Positions 38,701-48,022 are shown, counted from the first letter of the stretch. The stretch is DNA of 64,000 bases from Actinomycetota bacterium (GCA_030679975.1 JAUXSL010000027.1:11447-75446), one strand, 5' to 3'. The notes: a model not told the origin generated them from the sequence alone. Made by a program: numbers and translations.

Positions 38701-40394
38701 CCGGCCACACCTATTACTATTGGGTCGCCGGTGTAAACGGCGCCGATTTGCCGAGTCCCATCGGGGGAGCGGATCCGACCGTCACGGCGCGCCCGATGGT
38801 GGAGCATCGGCCGCGTGTCGCCGGCGTCGTTAATTGTCAGTCATGTCATATTGAAAGACGGGTCCAAAGTGATATGGGGTTGATCGACTGCCGCCGCTGT
38901 CATGACGGGACCGGCAGCCTTGTCATCATTACCGGCTACGATAGCGGAAGTTCGCTCTGCCGGTCATGCCATGCGCTCAGCCGGGGACAGCTCAACCGGG
39001 CGGGCGGCTCGCAGATCGGGCGGTGCGGCGGTTGCCATACCAAGGGAGATTCACCGATCCTGGTTAGCGATAATGGTCACACCGGCCGCTCGGGACTGGA
39101 CTCAATGGTTTGCTCCAGCTGCCACAGCCTCCACCGACCGGGGGACAGTAAAAGCGGGTATTTGGTCGACCCGGCTAATACAAGGCGGTCTTGGTCGGGC
39201 TCTAAAAGCGATTTTTGCCTTGTCTGTCATCGCGCGACCGGCTGGCCGGAAGCGACCGAGACTTTGGAGAGGTTTGTGGCAAGGGACGTCATTTTTTCCA
39301 GCATGGAGAGCGCCCGGTTGTTTCCGGGGTGGTCAAAAACCGGTTGGAAACAGTCGGCGCATCAAAGAGTAGCCGGGTGTTTGACCTGCCATGAGCCGCA
39401 CAAGTCCCCGAACGCGCGGTTGGTCGCTTTTCGCGCCAAAGGGGGCAAGTATATCTACTTTTCGGAGTTTAGCGCTTCCGAAGCTCTTTGCTATGAATGC
39501 CACCGCCCCGGCGGCCCGAAGGGCGCGGTCGATTTATTGACGTTGTCGCGGTTGCCTTCGACCCATAGCGCCGGCACCTTCAGTGTCCACAGCGATGCTG
39601 AAACGGCGTCGCAGCTGGGCATATTAAACAGGCATGTAAATTGCAACGATTGTCATAATGTCCACGAATCGCAGAGGGAGAAGCGGGAACTCTTTTCCAA
39701 CAGGGTTTCCGGCGCTTTAAGGGGAGTACCCGGCGTTGAGCCGCTAAACGGCGGAGCGGGCTTGCCGCCGAGTTATACGGAGGTCTACGCCGCGGGGCGC
39801 GAGTACCAGATCTGCTTCAAGTGCCATTCTTCATATGTGAAGATGCCGCCGGCCGGCATGACCGATTACGCGATCAAGTTTAATCCGGCCAATTCTTCAT
39901 ACCATCCGGTGGAAACGAGGGGCAAAAACCGCGGGATAAAATCGGTGGCCTTTGTTAATGGTTGGAACCAGAAAGCGACAATGTATTGTTCCGATTGTCA
40001 CGCCAATCGGAAGGAGCCGGGTGTGGCCCGCGGGCCGCACGGGTCCAAGTTTAACCCTATGCTGGCCGGTGAGTTTGGCCCGCTTGCCGACGCCGGGCGC
40101 CAAGACGAGCTCTGCTACCAATGCCACAACCAAAAGACCTATAAGGAAGGTCGAGAAGGTAGCCGCTGGCAAGGTCCGGGCGGGCATGCCGACCACATAA
40201 GCAAGGACAAAATCGGGTGTTTTAAATGCCACGAAACCCATGGCAGCAGTTTTACCGACCATCTGATAAAGATTATGCAACCTCTTGAAGCTTCGGGGAC
40301 CACAGCTTTTTCACACGATTCGACCGGCGGCGGTTGCATAGCTACCTGTCACACGCGGCCGAATGACAGCTATCAATATAAACACGCGTATTAG
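35787..40394 (+). CDS. Large secreted multidomain protein: signal peptide, Ig-like (SbsA_Ig/Big-like) and FN3-like modules, and a C-terminal multihaem c-type cytochrome domain
   Basis: Hydrophobic N-terminus (PLLITLVYLLMAGGASG). Two SbsA_Ig-like modules, each ending in a ...AGNEF/...LGNTIGHDYGW pattern. Two FN3-like modules (YNIYRAS..., YRLWRTE...). Over the last 520 aa (nt about 38830-40394) there are 13 CxxCH motifs, many as CxxCHxxH, plus one CxxxCH. Confidence 0.8.
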   Translation: MSKALQRYKIRFWPLLITLVYLLMAGGASGKAGVNKAISVPAETAIVSVSHNRRADSIGAFGLTSGELSGIELVLRRPDGWFWDPITLDWKPEATWQKSSLIPMSPTTFAWDEILAAPPCDGASLLLLARAVSRQGQPDPKPAGARIYIDNIKPVVTKFDVEGARWSNSREATLSLEASGATTIQLAESRQGLSAAKNIRYRDKIKFQFSEGDGLKTLYGAFLDSVGNRVVVPLNGGPIGLDTASPAVNRLAPPAEARSVSVGAKISAGFIDDSDIDPSTLKSEFGPDATFYLTQGSRWTTATVAYDPKKKTAVLTPAEPLVKGQVYTAHLKPGIKDIAGNEFDDDISWSFQAVEPSPPETKIDGLPEVMSGKTKVLIEGSAHDPDGVGAVSVFVRDGDGHYWDSISATWTAEPFANDAMLARKGQKETGWEWRWPLPSSDGARFVVTAAAKDRFLAEDPTPAGTSLLVDNQPPQVERLILQNDLPVTASDTITITSLVKGATQMRFAADSAALKFQRWQSFSAETSFTLPKKEGRKEVFGQWRDALGNYSRVGEAGSKGRIILDKSGPKVASTYPHDQVENVNISVMVTANFEEISLDETGITTDTFKLIGPDKNPVPAAVTFDQLSKTATLTPIEFLRYGTGYRVILSGAIKDRLGNTIGHDYGWTFKTVGLSTHPPARPQGLTVAAAEQGDKVSWSPPLGIDKGNDFDPPVQGGYNIYRASSPDGPFELVNKLPVTALTYYDKDYERPGRRFYMVKAVDAGGSESEGSPVSANDDINTLIKIAPGKPATVTLSNDALRLEVPKIERPMTLRIKTREALGAPATPMRLFQLDSSPTVNLKTLSLVLPGDPMGATIMRREEGGWQPLADVTYSRDPLTHIVTVGPVSSSGQYLVVNRADLTPPPSAPEVHLSTREGKPLVGWSKINDPDSGIRAYRLWRTETTMTFETSTTAAAVNLPPGMNRFLDNSAEPGHTYYYWVAGVNGADLPSPIGGADPTVTARPMVEHRPRVAGVVNCQSCHIERRVQSDMGLIDCRRCHDGTGSLVIITGYDSGSSLCRSCHALSRGQLNRAGGSQIGRCGGCHTKGDSPILVSDNGHTGRSGLDSMVCSSCHSLHRPGDSKSGYLVDPANTRRSWSGSKSDFCLVCHRATGWPEATETLERFVARDVIFSSMESARLFPGWSKTGWKQSAHQRVAGCLTCHEPHKSPNARLVAFRAKGGKYIYFSEFSASEALCYECHRPGGPKGAVDLLTLSRLPSTHSAGTFSVHSDAETASQLGILNRHVNCNDCHNVHESQREKRELFSNRVSGALRGVPGVEPLNGGAGLPPSYTEVYAAGREYQICFKCHSSYVKMPPAGMTDYAIKFNPANSSYHPVETRGKNRGIKSVAFVNGWNQKATMYCSDCHANRKEPGVARGPHGSKFNPMLAGEFGPLADAGRQDELCYQCHNQKTYKEGREGSRWQGPGGHADHISKDKIGCFKCHETHGSSFTDHLIKIMQPLEASGTTAFSHDSTGGGCIATCHTRPNDSYQYKHAY

Positions 40395-40479
40395 GAGGGA
40401 AGTAAGGCGTCGATTATAATCTGGATACAGTCGGCCGGCGGTTGCCTTGCGAGCACTGTCACGAGATTAAGGGTTGTTA

Positions 40480-41565
40480 ATGTCGGATTGGGTCAGGAAA
40501 TCGCTTGAACAAATTGAGGCGTACCGCGCGGGCAGACGGGCCTCGGAGGTAAAAGGGGAGCTCGGCTTAAGCGACATAATTAAGTTGTCTTCCAATGAAT
40601 CGCCGTTTGCGCCGGTCAGACAGGCATCCAGGGCGATGGGTCAGGCCCTAAAGGGTCTCAACCGGTATCCGGACGGGGATTGCCGACTTCTCAAGAGCAA
40701 ACTGGCCGCCAATCTAGACGTGGCTTATGAAACATTGATGGTCGGCAACGGCTCTAACGAGCTCATTCGTTTGCTGGCGCAAGTCATTCTGGAGCCGGGC
40801 GATGAGGTCATAATGGCGGCCCCGTCTTTTGTCGTTTACCCGATCGTCACCGCCATCATGAGCGCGATGGCGGTAGAGGTGCCGCTCAAGGGGTTGGCGC
40901 ACGATTTGGACGCTATGGCCGCGGCGATCACGCCCAAGACCAAGCTGATATTTGTCTGCAACCCCAACAATCCGACCGGGACGGTCGTCCCCGCCGCCGA
41001 CTGCGGCGCTTTCTTGGAATCGGTCCCCGGGCATGTGCTGGTCTGCTTCGACGAAGCCTACCACGAGTTTGTCTCCGACTTCACTTATGGGACAGCTCTT
41101 GAGCTGCGCGGCAAGCATGAAAATATCATTGTGTTGCGAACATTTTCAAAGATTTACGGCCTGGCGGGCGCGCGCGTCGGATACGGGATGGCGCCGCCGG
41201 CGGTAGTGGAGGCGATAGACAAGGTTCGCGAACCGTTCAACGTCAACCTTCTCGGCCAGATCGGCGCTTATTACAGCCTTGACGGGCAACCGGAAATCCG
41301 CCGGCGGGCCGCTGTCAATCGGACGCAGCGGGAGCTGGTTGAATCGGCCCTGGACCGGCTTGGCTTGGAGCGAGCGGCGTCGCAGGCAAATTTTGTCTAT
41401 TTCGATCCGCGTATGCCGGCGGCTGAGGCGTTTGACAGGCTGGCGCGGCACGGCGTCATCGTCCGCGCGTTCAGGCACGGAGACCACATCCGGGCGACGC
41501 TCGGCAGCCCCAAGGATAACCTGGTGCTGATAAACGCTCTGGGGACGTTAAAGACGCCCCCGTAA
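40480..41565 (+). CDS. hisC: Histidinol-phosphate/aromatic aminotransferase (class II PLP aminotransferase)
   Basis: Conserved segments SSNESPFAP, KIYGLAGARVGY and NPNNPTG. The ATG at 40480 is preferred over the TTG at 40474, given an upstream AAGGG. Confidence 0.85.
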   Translation: MSDWVRKSLEQIEAYRAGRRASEVKGELGLSDIIKLSSNESPFAPVRQASRAMGQALKGLNRYPDGDCRLLKSKLAANLDVAYETLMVGNGSNELIRLLAQVILEPGDEVIMAAPSFVVYPIVTAIMSAMAVEVPLKGLAHDLDAMAAAITPKTKLIFVCNPNNPTGTVVPAADCGAFLESVPGHVLVCFDEAYHEFVSDFTYGTALELRGKHENIIVLRTFSKIYGLAGARVGYGMAPPAVVEAIDKVREPFNVNLLGQIGAYYSLDGQPEIRRRAAVNRTQRELVESALDRLGLERAASQANFVYFDPRMPAAEAFDRLARHGVIVRAFRHGDHIRATLGSPKDNLVLINALGTLKTPP

Positions 41566-41644
41566 CTCAGCGCTGGTTTTTTTCGCTCATGCTTGCTAAT
41601 CTATAAAAAACTAAAACACAAACCACCAAAGGAGGAATGGCAAG

Positions 41645-42658
41645 ATGATGGTCGTTATGAGAGAAGGCGCCACTGAAGAGCAGGTAGAGCACGTCATCGA
41701 CCGGTTGGAAAAAGCGGGGTTGGGCGCGCATCTCTCCCGGGGTCAGTTTAAGACCGTTATCGGCGTTATCGGTGAGCGTGAAGCCATTTCCAAAGTCCCG
41801 CTTGAGGCGTTGCCGGGCGTGGAAAGTATTATCCCTATCCAAAAACCATATAAGTTCGTCAGCCGCGAGTTTCAAGGTGAGGATACGGTCATAGACGTCG
41901 GCGGCCACTTGATCGGCGGCGATAATTTCGCTGTTATCGCCGGGCCGTGTTCGGTGGAGACCGAAGCCCAGATGAAGTTGGCGGCCCGCAAAGTCAAAGA
42001 GGCCGGAGCGACGTTTCTGCGCGGCGGCGCTTTCAAGCCGCGAACATCGCCTTACAGTTTCCAGGGGCTGGGGGAGTCCGGTCTAAAAATGTTGGCGACC
42101 GCCCGTGCCGAAACGGGCTTGCCGATAGTCACGGAACTTCTTGATGTCCGGGATGTCGATATCGTTTGCGAGTATGCCGATGTCATCCAGATCGGCACCC
42201 GGAATATGCAGAACTTTATTCTTCTTTTGGAAGCCGGTCGCACCGGCAAGCCCATCGTTCTTAAGCGGGGCTTCGGCAGCACGGTCGATGAACTGCTGAT
42301 GGCGGCGGAATACGTCGTTAAGGGCGGCAGCACACAGATCATCCTGTGCGAACGCGGTATCCGCACTTTTGAGAAGGCGACCAGAAATACGCTTGATCTA
42401 AGTATGATACCGATCGTCAAGAAACTAAGCCACCTGCCGGTAATCGTCGATCCCAGCCACGCCACCGGCAAGAATGAATTGGTTCCGCCGATGTCTCTGG
42501 CGGCTTTGGCGGCGGGGGCGGACGGATTGATGATCGAGGTCCATCCCAATCCCGAAGAGGCCTGGTGCGACGGGCCTCAATCACTTGATCTGCCGGCCTT
42601 TGCCGAGTTGATGGCGATGATAAAACCGATAGCCGCGGTGCTCGGCAAGAAAATATAA
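41645..42658 (+). CDS. aroF: 3-deoxy-7-phosphoheptulonate (DAHP) synthase, type I-beta, with an N-terminal ferredoxin-like regulatory domain
   Basis: The catalytic core (GPCSVE...KPRTSPYSFQG...VDPSH) follows an 80-aa regulatory domain. SD AAAGGAGG lies upstream. Confidence 0.9.
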   Translation: MMVVMREGATEEQVEHVIDRLEKAGLGAHLSRGQFKTVIGVIGEREAISKVPLEALPGVESIIPIQKPYKFVSREFQGEDTVIDVGGHLIGGDNFAVIAGPCSVETEAQMKLAARKVKEAGATFLRGGAFKPRTSPYSFQGLGESGLKMLATARAETGLPIVTELLDVRDVDIVCEYADVIQIGTRNMQNFILLLEAGRTGKPIVLKRGFGSTVDELLMAAEYVVKGGSTQIILCERGIRTFEKATRNTLDLSMIPIVKKLSHLPVIVDPSHATGKNELVPPMSLAALAAGADGLMIEVHPNPEEAWCDGPQSLDLPAFAELMAMIKPIAAVLGKKI

Positions 42659-42663
42659 AATTG

Positions 42664-43764
42664 ATGGAAGCCCAACGTATCACAATAATCGGCGTGGGCT
42701 TGATCGGCGGCTCCATCGGGATGGCGATCAAGGCCCGGTGGCCGCAAGCGACTATCACCGGTTATGATATAGACAAGGGGGTCCTTCAAGCGGCGCTGGA
42801 GATCGGCGTCATCGATGAAGCCGCCGCCGGCCCGGCGGACGGTTGCCGGGACGCCGACTTTGTCTTTGTAGCCGTGCCGGTTTCGGCTATCCCCAATGTA
42901 ATGGCTGAAGTGGCCGGAGCCATCGGGTCCCAGACTATCGTCACCGATGTCGGCAGCACCAAGACGAGCGTTGTCGCCGTCGCTGAGACTCTTTTTCCGC
43001 CGGAAGTCAACTTTATCGGCGGCCACCCGATGGCCGGTTCCGAACAAGAGGGATTGAGCGCCGCGACGCCGGCCCTCCTTCAGGAAGCCGTCTATGTCTT
43101 GACGCCGACTCCGAAGACCAGCCCTGAGGCATTTCAAAAGCTTCATGCCCTGCTGACTAAGCTGGGCGCCAAAGTCATGGCGCTCAGCCCCAAGAAGCAT
43201 GATGAAGTGGTAGCGGCCGTCAGTCATCTGCCACATTTAACGGCGTCCGCCCTGGTGAACTTGGCGGCCAGTGTCGAAGAGGGGGTTGAGAACCGCCTTT
43301 TCTTTGCCGCCGGCGGTTTTCGGGACCTGACCAGGATAGCCTCGGGCAGCCCGTCATTGTGGGTCGATATCTGCTTTGATAACAAAGAAGCCATCGTCAA
43401 GAGCATCGACCAATTCATTTCAGGCTTACAGGATGTCAGGGACCTGCTCGCCCGTGGCGGCCGGTCGGAGCTACTGGGTCTGCTGGAAGCGGCCAGAGCC
43501 CGGCGCGCCTCGATGGCCGCGGGAGAGCTGGAAGCCGGAGTCTACCGGGAATTCGACGTGCCGGTCAGCGATCGGCCGGGAACGATTAGCCAGTTGACCT
43601 TGACCTTCGGCCAGCTTGGCATCAACATCGAGGACATCCAGATAGTGCCGTTAAGCGGGGATCGGGGCGTCGTCAAGCTGCTGGTAAATGAGAGTCCGAA
43701 CCTGCTAAAAGCTCTAGCTCAACTAAAGGATTATGGTTTCCATATTATTGAAAGGACGCGATGA
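42664..43764 (+). CDS. tyrA: Prephenate dehydrogenase with a C-terminal ACT domain
   Basis: N-terminal IIGVGLIGGSIGMAI Rossmann fold, a HPMAGSE motif, and a C-terminal ACT-like region. Confidence 0.85.
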   Translation: MEAQRITIIGVGLIGGSIGMAIKARWPQATITGYDIDKGVLQAALEIGVIDEAAAGPADGCRDADFVFVAVPVSAIPNVMAEVAGAIGSQTIVTDVGSTKTSVVAVAETLFPPEVNFIGGHPMAGSEQEGLSAATPALLQEAVYVLTPTPKTSPEAFQKLHALLTKLGAKVMALSPKKHDEVVAAVSHLPHLTASALVNLAASVEEGVENRLFFAAGGFRDLTRIASGSPSLWVDICFDNKEAIVKSIDQFISGLQDVRDLLARGGRSELLGLLEAARARRASMAAGELEAGVYREFDVPVSDRPGTISQLTLTFGQLGINIEDIQIVPLSGDRGVVKLLVNESPNLLKALAQLKDYGFHIIERTR

Positions 43765-45092
43765 CGTACCGCGTTCTCATAAACGGTCCGCAAAAACTAT
43801 CCGGGCGCCTGGCGGTACCGGGAGATAAGTCCATCACTCACAGGGCGCTCATCCTGTCGGCGATGGCATTCGGCCGAGCCCGGATTTCAAATATATTGAC
43901 CTCGACTGACTGCCTTAGCACTCTCGATTGCCTCCGGCGTCTGGGAGTGGAGATCGAGCTTGACGGGGAAGACGCCATTATTAGCGGATGCGGCCTGACC
44001 GGGCTCGCGGAGCCCGATGATGTCTTAGACGTGGGTAATTCCGGCACGGCGCTCCGGATCTTGCCGGCGCTTCTGGCCGGGCAGGAAGGTTTTGCGGTCA
44101 TCACAGGCGACCGGTCCATCCGCAAGCGACCGGTCGATCGTGTCTTAAAACCGCTGGTTGAGATGGGGGCCAAGGTCTGGGCCCGCGACGGCGGGCGATT
44201 GGCGCCGGTGGCGGTATCCGGGGGGCCGCTGCGGGGGATCGTTTATCGTTTGCCGGTAGCGAGCGCCCAGGTTAAGACGGCGGTGCTTTTGGCGGGTCTG
44301 CCGGCGTCAGGCCGAACTACGGTTATCGAGCCGGTGACCTCACGGGACCACACCGAGATCATGCTGGAATATTTGGGGGCGGCGATAGCCGTCGAAGCGG
44401 ACCGCCACAGCGGCGAGCGGCATATTACCGTGACCGGCGAAACACAATTTCAGTCTAAAGATATCGGCGTGCCGGGAGATTTTTCCTCGGCGGCGTTTTT
44501 TCTGGCCGCGGGCGCGCTGGTCGCGGACGAACATATCGAGATAATCAACCTCGGCTTAAATCCAACCCGGACAGGGTTTATCGAAGTTCTGGAAAAGATG
44601 GGCGGGGCCCCTGAGAGCACAGAGCTGGGCGCGGTCGCCGGAGAGCCCGTCGGCTCTGTCGGTATCGGTCGGGCGCGCCTTGTCGGGACAGATATCGGCG
44701 GCAGTATGATCCCCCGGCTCATCGACGAACTCCCGCTGGTCGCGCTCCTGGCTACCCAAGCCCAAGGCCGGACGACGGTCAAGGATGCGGCCGAGCTCCG
44801 GGTCAAGGAGACCGACAGAATAGCTCTGACAGCCGCCGAACTAAATAAGCTGGGGGCAAAAGTTACGCCGACCGACGACGGCTTTATCATTGACGGACCG
44901 ACCCCGCTCAAGGGCACGGCGGTCGAAAGCCATGGCGACCACCGCTTGGCGATGATGCTGGCCGTGGCCGCCTTGAGCGCCACAGGCGCCACGGTTATCG
45001 CGGGCGCCGGTGCCGTCGACGTCTCTTTTCCGGATTTTTTCGACCGGCTCCGGCAACTGGGCGCCGAGTGTGATAGAATCGCTAAAGAATGA
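43761..45092 (+). CDS. aroA: 3-phosphoshikimate 1-carboxyvinyltransferase (EPSP synthase)
   Basis: LPGDKSITHRALIL and NSGTALRIL motifs. The start overlaps the tyrA stop as ATGA. Confidence 0.9.
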   Translation: MTYRVLINGPQKLSGRLAVPGDKSITHRALILSAMAFGRARISNILTSTDCLSTLDCLRRLGVEIELDGEDAIISGCGLTGLAEPDDVLDVGNSGTALRILPALLAGQEGFAVITGDRSIRKRPVDRVLKPLVEMGAKVWARDGGRLAPVAVSGGPLRGIVYRLPVASAQVKTAVLLAGLPASGRTTVIEPVTSRDHTEIMLEYLGAAIAVEADRHSGERHITVTGETQFQSKDIGVPGDFSSAAFFLAAGALVADEHIEIINLGLNPTRTGFIEVLEKMGGAPESTELGAVAGEPVGSVGIGRARLVGTDIGGSMIPRLIDELPLVALLATQAQGRTTVKDAAELRVKETDRIALTAAELNKLGAKVTPTDDGFIIDGPTPLKGTAVESHGDHRLAMMLAVAALSATGATVIAGAGAVDVSFPDFFDRLRQLGAECDRIAKE

Positions 45093-47803
45093 ACCGGTTG
45101 CGTCTGATCATAGGGATTACTCTGGCGACGATCGTCGTTCTGTTTTTCATTGGGGCGACGACCTACACCGACTGGCTTTGGTTTATGAAGCTTGGTTACG
45201 GCCGTATCTTCATAACCAGTTGGACTTATCGCCTCGGGGTCAGCGGCGCCTTCGGCGCTATCACGTTTATTCTCCTGGCGCTCAATGTCTGGCTGGCCAA
45301 ACGCCTCTCACCGAACATCCACTTCATCTCGCGCCGGCTCGAATTTGAACGATTTATCCAGCAGGGGCGGGCATATCTCGACCAATATTTTGCTTTAGTG
45401 GGGTATTTGGGCTCGGCGGCCGTCGCTCTCTTTACGGCTCTTTCAATGGGGGCGTTTTGGGACGCTTGGCTTAAGTACTTTTCTTATACCGGCGCCGGGG
45501 TTAAAGACCCGCTCTTCGGCCGGGATATCGGCTTTTACTTCTTCACCTTGCCGGTCGTTGAGATCGTCCAGAACTACCTCTGGTTTGTCTTATTGGCGGC
45601 CCTGGCCGCAACGATCGTCATTCATTTGATCAGAGGCAGCTTTAACATCGGCCAGGGGCCGGCGGCGATCTATCCAAAAGCCAGAGTCCACCTGTCTGTT
45701 CTAGTCGCCTTATTGCTGGGGGTTGTCGGCCTGCAATGGTGGTTGGCCGCCTATAGATTGGTTTATTCGCCTCGGGGACTTGTCTACGGGGCCGGTTATT
45801 CAGATATCCACGTGCTTTTGCCGGCGTATAAAGTCCTGATAGTCGTTACCGGAGCGGCGATCGCGCTGGTTATCATCTACGCGCTGTCTAACCGGTGGAG
45901 ATTGCCGATTGTCGGGGCGGCGGGGATAGCGTTAGTCTGGATTGTCGGAGTGGTAGTCTTGCCGACGGTAGTCCAGCAGTTCCGGGTGGTCCCCAATGAA
46001 TTGGCCAAGGAGCTGCCCTATATCTCCAAAAGCATCGCATCGACGCGCCGGGCCTATGGGCTGGATAAGGTCGTCCAGAGGGAGTTCCCGGCTGAAGCCG
46101 GGCTCTCCGCAGCGGTGCTGGAACAAAACCAGGGGACGATAGACAGTCTCCGCCTTTGGGATTGGCGCCCGCTCCAGAAGACCTACAAGCAAATTCAGGA
46201 GATACGCCTCTACTACGGTTTTCAGGATGTCGACCTTGACCGCTATACCGTGGACGGGCGTTACCGCCAGTTGGCCTTGTCGGCCAGAGAAATGATCGCC
46301 GGCCAACTGCCTCAACAAGCGAATTCCTGGATAAACCGCCACCTTGTCTATACTCACGGCTACGGCGCGGTGGTCAGTCCTGTCAATGAAGTGGCGGGCG
46401 AGGGGCTGCCGGAATTCTTTGTTAAGAACATACCGCCCCAGTCGACTTCAAAGAGTCTGGCTATCAAGCAGCCTCAGATATATTTCGGCGAGGCGACCGA
46501 CGACTATGCCATTGTCAATACCAAGACCAGGGAATTTGACTATCCGGCCGGCGATCGGAACAAGTATACGGATTATAACGGCAAGGACGGCATCAAGCTC
46601 GACAGCTATCTGACCAAGCTGGCCTTTGCCTACCGGTTCGGCACGGTTGATTTGATGTTGAGCGATGCCGTGACGGCCAAGACCCGGATCCTGTTCTACC
46701 GCAACGTCCGGCAGCGTCTTGAAACGCTTGCGCCTTTCTTAACTTACGATCCCGATCCATATATGGTCATAAATAACGGGCGGCTGTATTGGATAGTCGA
46801 CGCCTATACGGTGACCGACAAGTACCCGTATGCGACGCCGTCAGGCAATGGACAAAACTACATCCGCAACTCGGTTAAAGCGGTTGTCGATGCGTATGAA
46901 GGCACGGTCGACTTCTATATTGCCGATACCAAGGATCCCATTATCGCGACTTACGCCAAAGCCTTCCCGGGCGTCTTTAAACCGCTTAGTAAGATGAATA
47001 AGGGTCTGCTAAAACATATCCGCTACCCGGAAGCGCTCTTTAAGGCTCAAGCTGAGCTTTATAGGTCTTTTCACATGGGCGACCCGCAGGTCTTCTTTCG
47101 CAAAGAAGACCTTTGGGATATTCCTAATGAGATTTACGATAACCAGACCGTCGCTATGGACCCATATTATGTCGTCATGCAGCTACCGGGCGAAAACCGC
47201 GGCTTGGAGTTCGCCCTTATTTTGCCGTATACGCCGTCAAACAAGAGTAATATGACCGCCTGGTTGGCGGCCCGCAGCGACCCGCCCAACTACGGGCAAC
47301 TGCTTTTATACACTTTTCCGAAAGACAAGTTGGTCTTTGGCCCCATGCAGGTGGAAGCCCGTCTCGACCAAGACCCGGAGATATCGCGCCAGCTAAGCCT
47401 CTGGAATCAGCGCGGCTCACGGGTGATCCGCGGCAACCTGCTGGTCGTCCCGATCGGCAAGACGATCCTTTATGTGGAGCCGCTGTATTTACAAGCTGAA
47501 TCGAGTGAGATGCCGGAATTAAAACGCATAGCGGTCGGTATTGGCGACAAAGTGGTCATGGAGCCGACTCTGGAGCAGGCTCTAAATAGCCTGCTCGGCG
47601 GGAAGGCGCCGGCTCCAGCCCCGCGGACACCGGGCAAGCCTGCTCCTCCGGCCACGGCGGAAACCCGCCAGCAGCTTATCCAAAAAGCGGGCGACGCCTT
47701 CAGTAAAGCCGAGGAAGCCCAAAAGAGCGGCGACTGGGCCGAATACGGCCGCCAACAGAAGATACTTAAAGACACGTTGCTCAAACTGATCCAAGGGCAA
47801 TAG
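45089..47803 (+). CDS. UPF0182-family large membrane protein
   Basis: Seven N-terminal transmembrane helices and a long extracytoplasmic domain. The characteristic C-terminal tail is WAEYGRQQKILKDTLLKL. 904 aa. Confidence 0.8.
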   Translation: MNRLRLIIGITLATIVVLFFIGATTYTDWLWFMKLGYGRIFITSWTYRLGVSGAFGAITFILLALNVWLAKRLSPNIHFISRRLEFERFIQQGRAYLDQYFALVGYLGSAAVALFTALSMGAFWDAWLKYFSYTGAGVKDPLFGRDIGFYFFTLPVVEIVQNYLWFVLLAALAATIVIHLIRGSFNIGQGPAAIYPKARVHLSVLVALLLGVVGLQWWLAAYRLVYSPRGLVYGAGYSDIHVLLPAYKVLIVVTGAAIALVIIYALSNRWRLPIVGAAGIALVWIVGVVVLPTVVQQFRVVPNELAKELPYISKSIASTRRAYGLDKVVQREFPAEAGLSAAVLEQNQGTIDSLRLWDWRPLQKTYKQIQEIRLYYGFQDVDLDRYTVDGRYRQLALSAREMIAGQLPQQANSWINRHLVYTHGYGAVVSPVNEVAGEGLPEFFVKNIPPQSTSKSLAIKQPQIYFGEATDDYAIVNTKTREFDYPAGDRNKYTDYNGKDGIKLDSYLTKLAFAYRFGTVDLMLSDAVTAKTRILFYRNVRQRLETLAPFLTYDPDPYMVINNGRLYWIVDAYTVTDKYPYATPSGNGQNYIRNSVKAVVDAYEGTVDFYIADTKDPIIATYAKAFPGVFKPLSKMNKGLLKHIRYPEALFKAQAELYRSFHMGDPQVFFRKEDLWDIPNEIYDNQTVAMDPYYVVMQLPGENRGLEFALILPYTPSNKSNMTAWLAARSDPPNYGQLLLYTFPKDKLVFGPMQVEARLDQDPEISRQLSLWNQRGSRVIRGNLLVVPIGKTILYVEPLYLQAESSEMPELKRIAVGIGDKVVMEPTLEQALNSLLGGKAPAPAPRTPGKPAPPATAETRQQLIQKAGDAFSKAEEAQKSGDWAEYGRQQKILKDTLLKLIQGQ

Positions 47804-48022
47804 AAGAGGCCGGGCATGACTTTCGAAAAGACGCTGTCGATTTCCCCGGCGAGGAAATCGCGGCTCCGCATCTCGGCCTCGCTCCTTGCGACTTAACCAT
47901 TGTTAAGCCGCAAGACCATGCCCGCTTCGGCCTCCGAACGGCTTTTCAAAAGTAATTGCCCGGCCTCTTCTTGTTTAGCTCGCATCGTGCATCGTGCATC
48001 CTTCATCATGTATCATATAACC

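Noticed and set aside
40335-40352. Counting CIATCH as a 14th canonical haem site
   Set aside because: It is CxxxCH, not CxxCH. It is mentioned only as a possible variant site.
41566-41583. Intrinsic terminator after hisC (CAGCGCTG followed by T7)
   Set aside because: The palindrome has no loop and at most a 4-bp stem. It is too weak to call, even with the T-run.
42052-45056. Many antisense ORFs inside aroF, tyrA and aroA (e.g. 42577..43236, 44450..44992) and inside the 1535-aa gene
   Set aside because: These are high-GC antisense artefacts. The sense-strand proteins have unambiguous family signatures.
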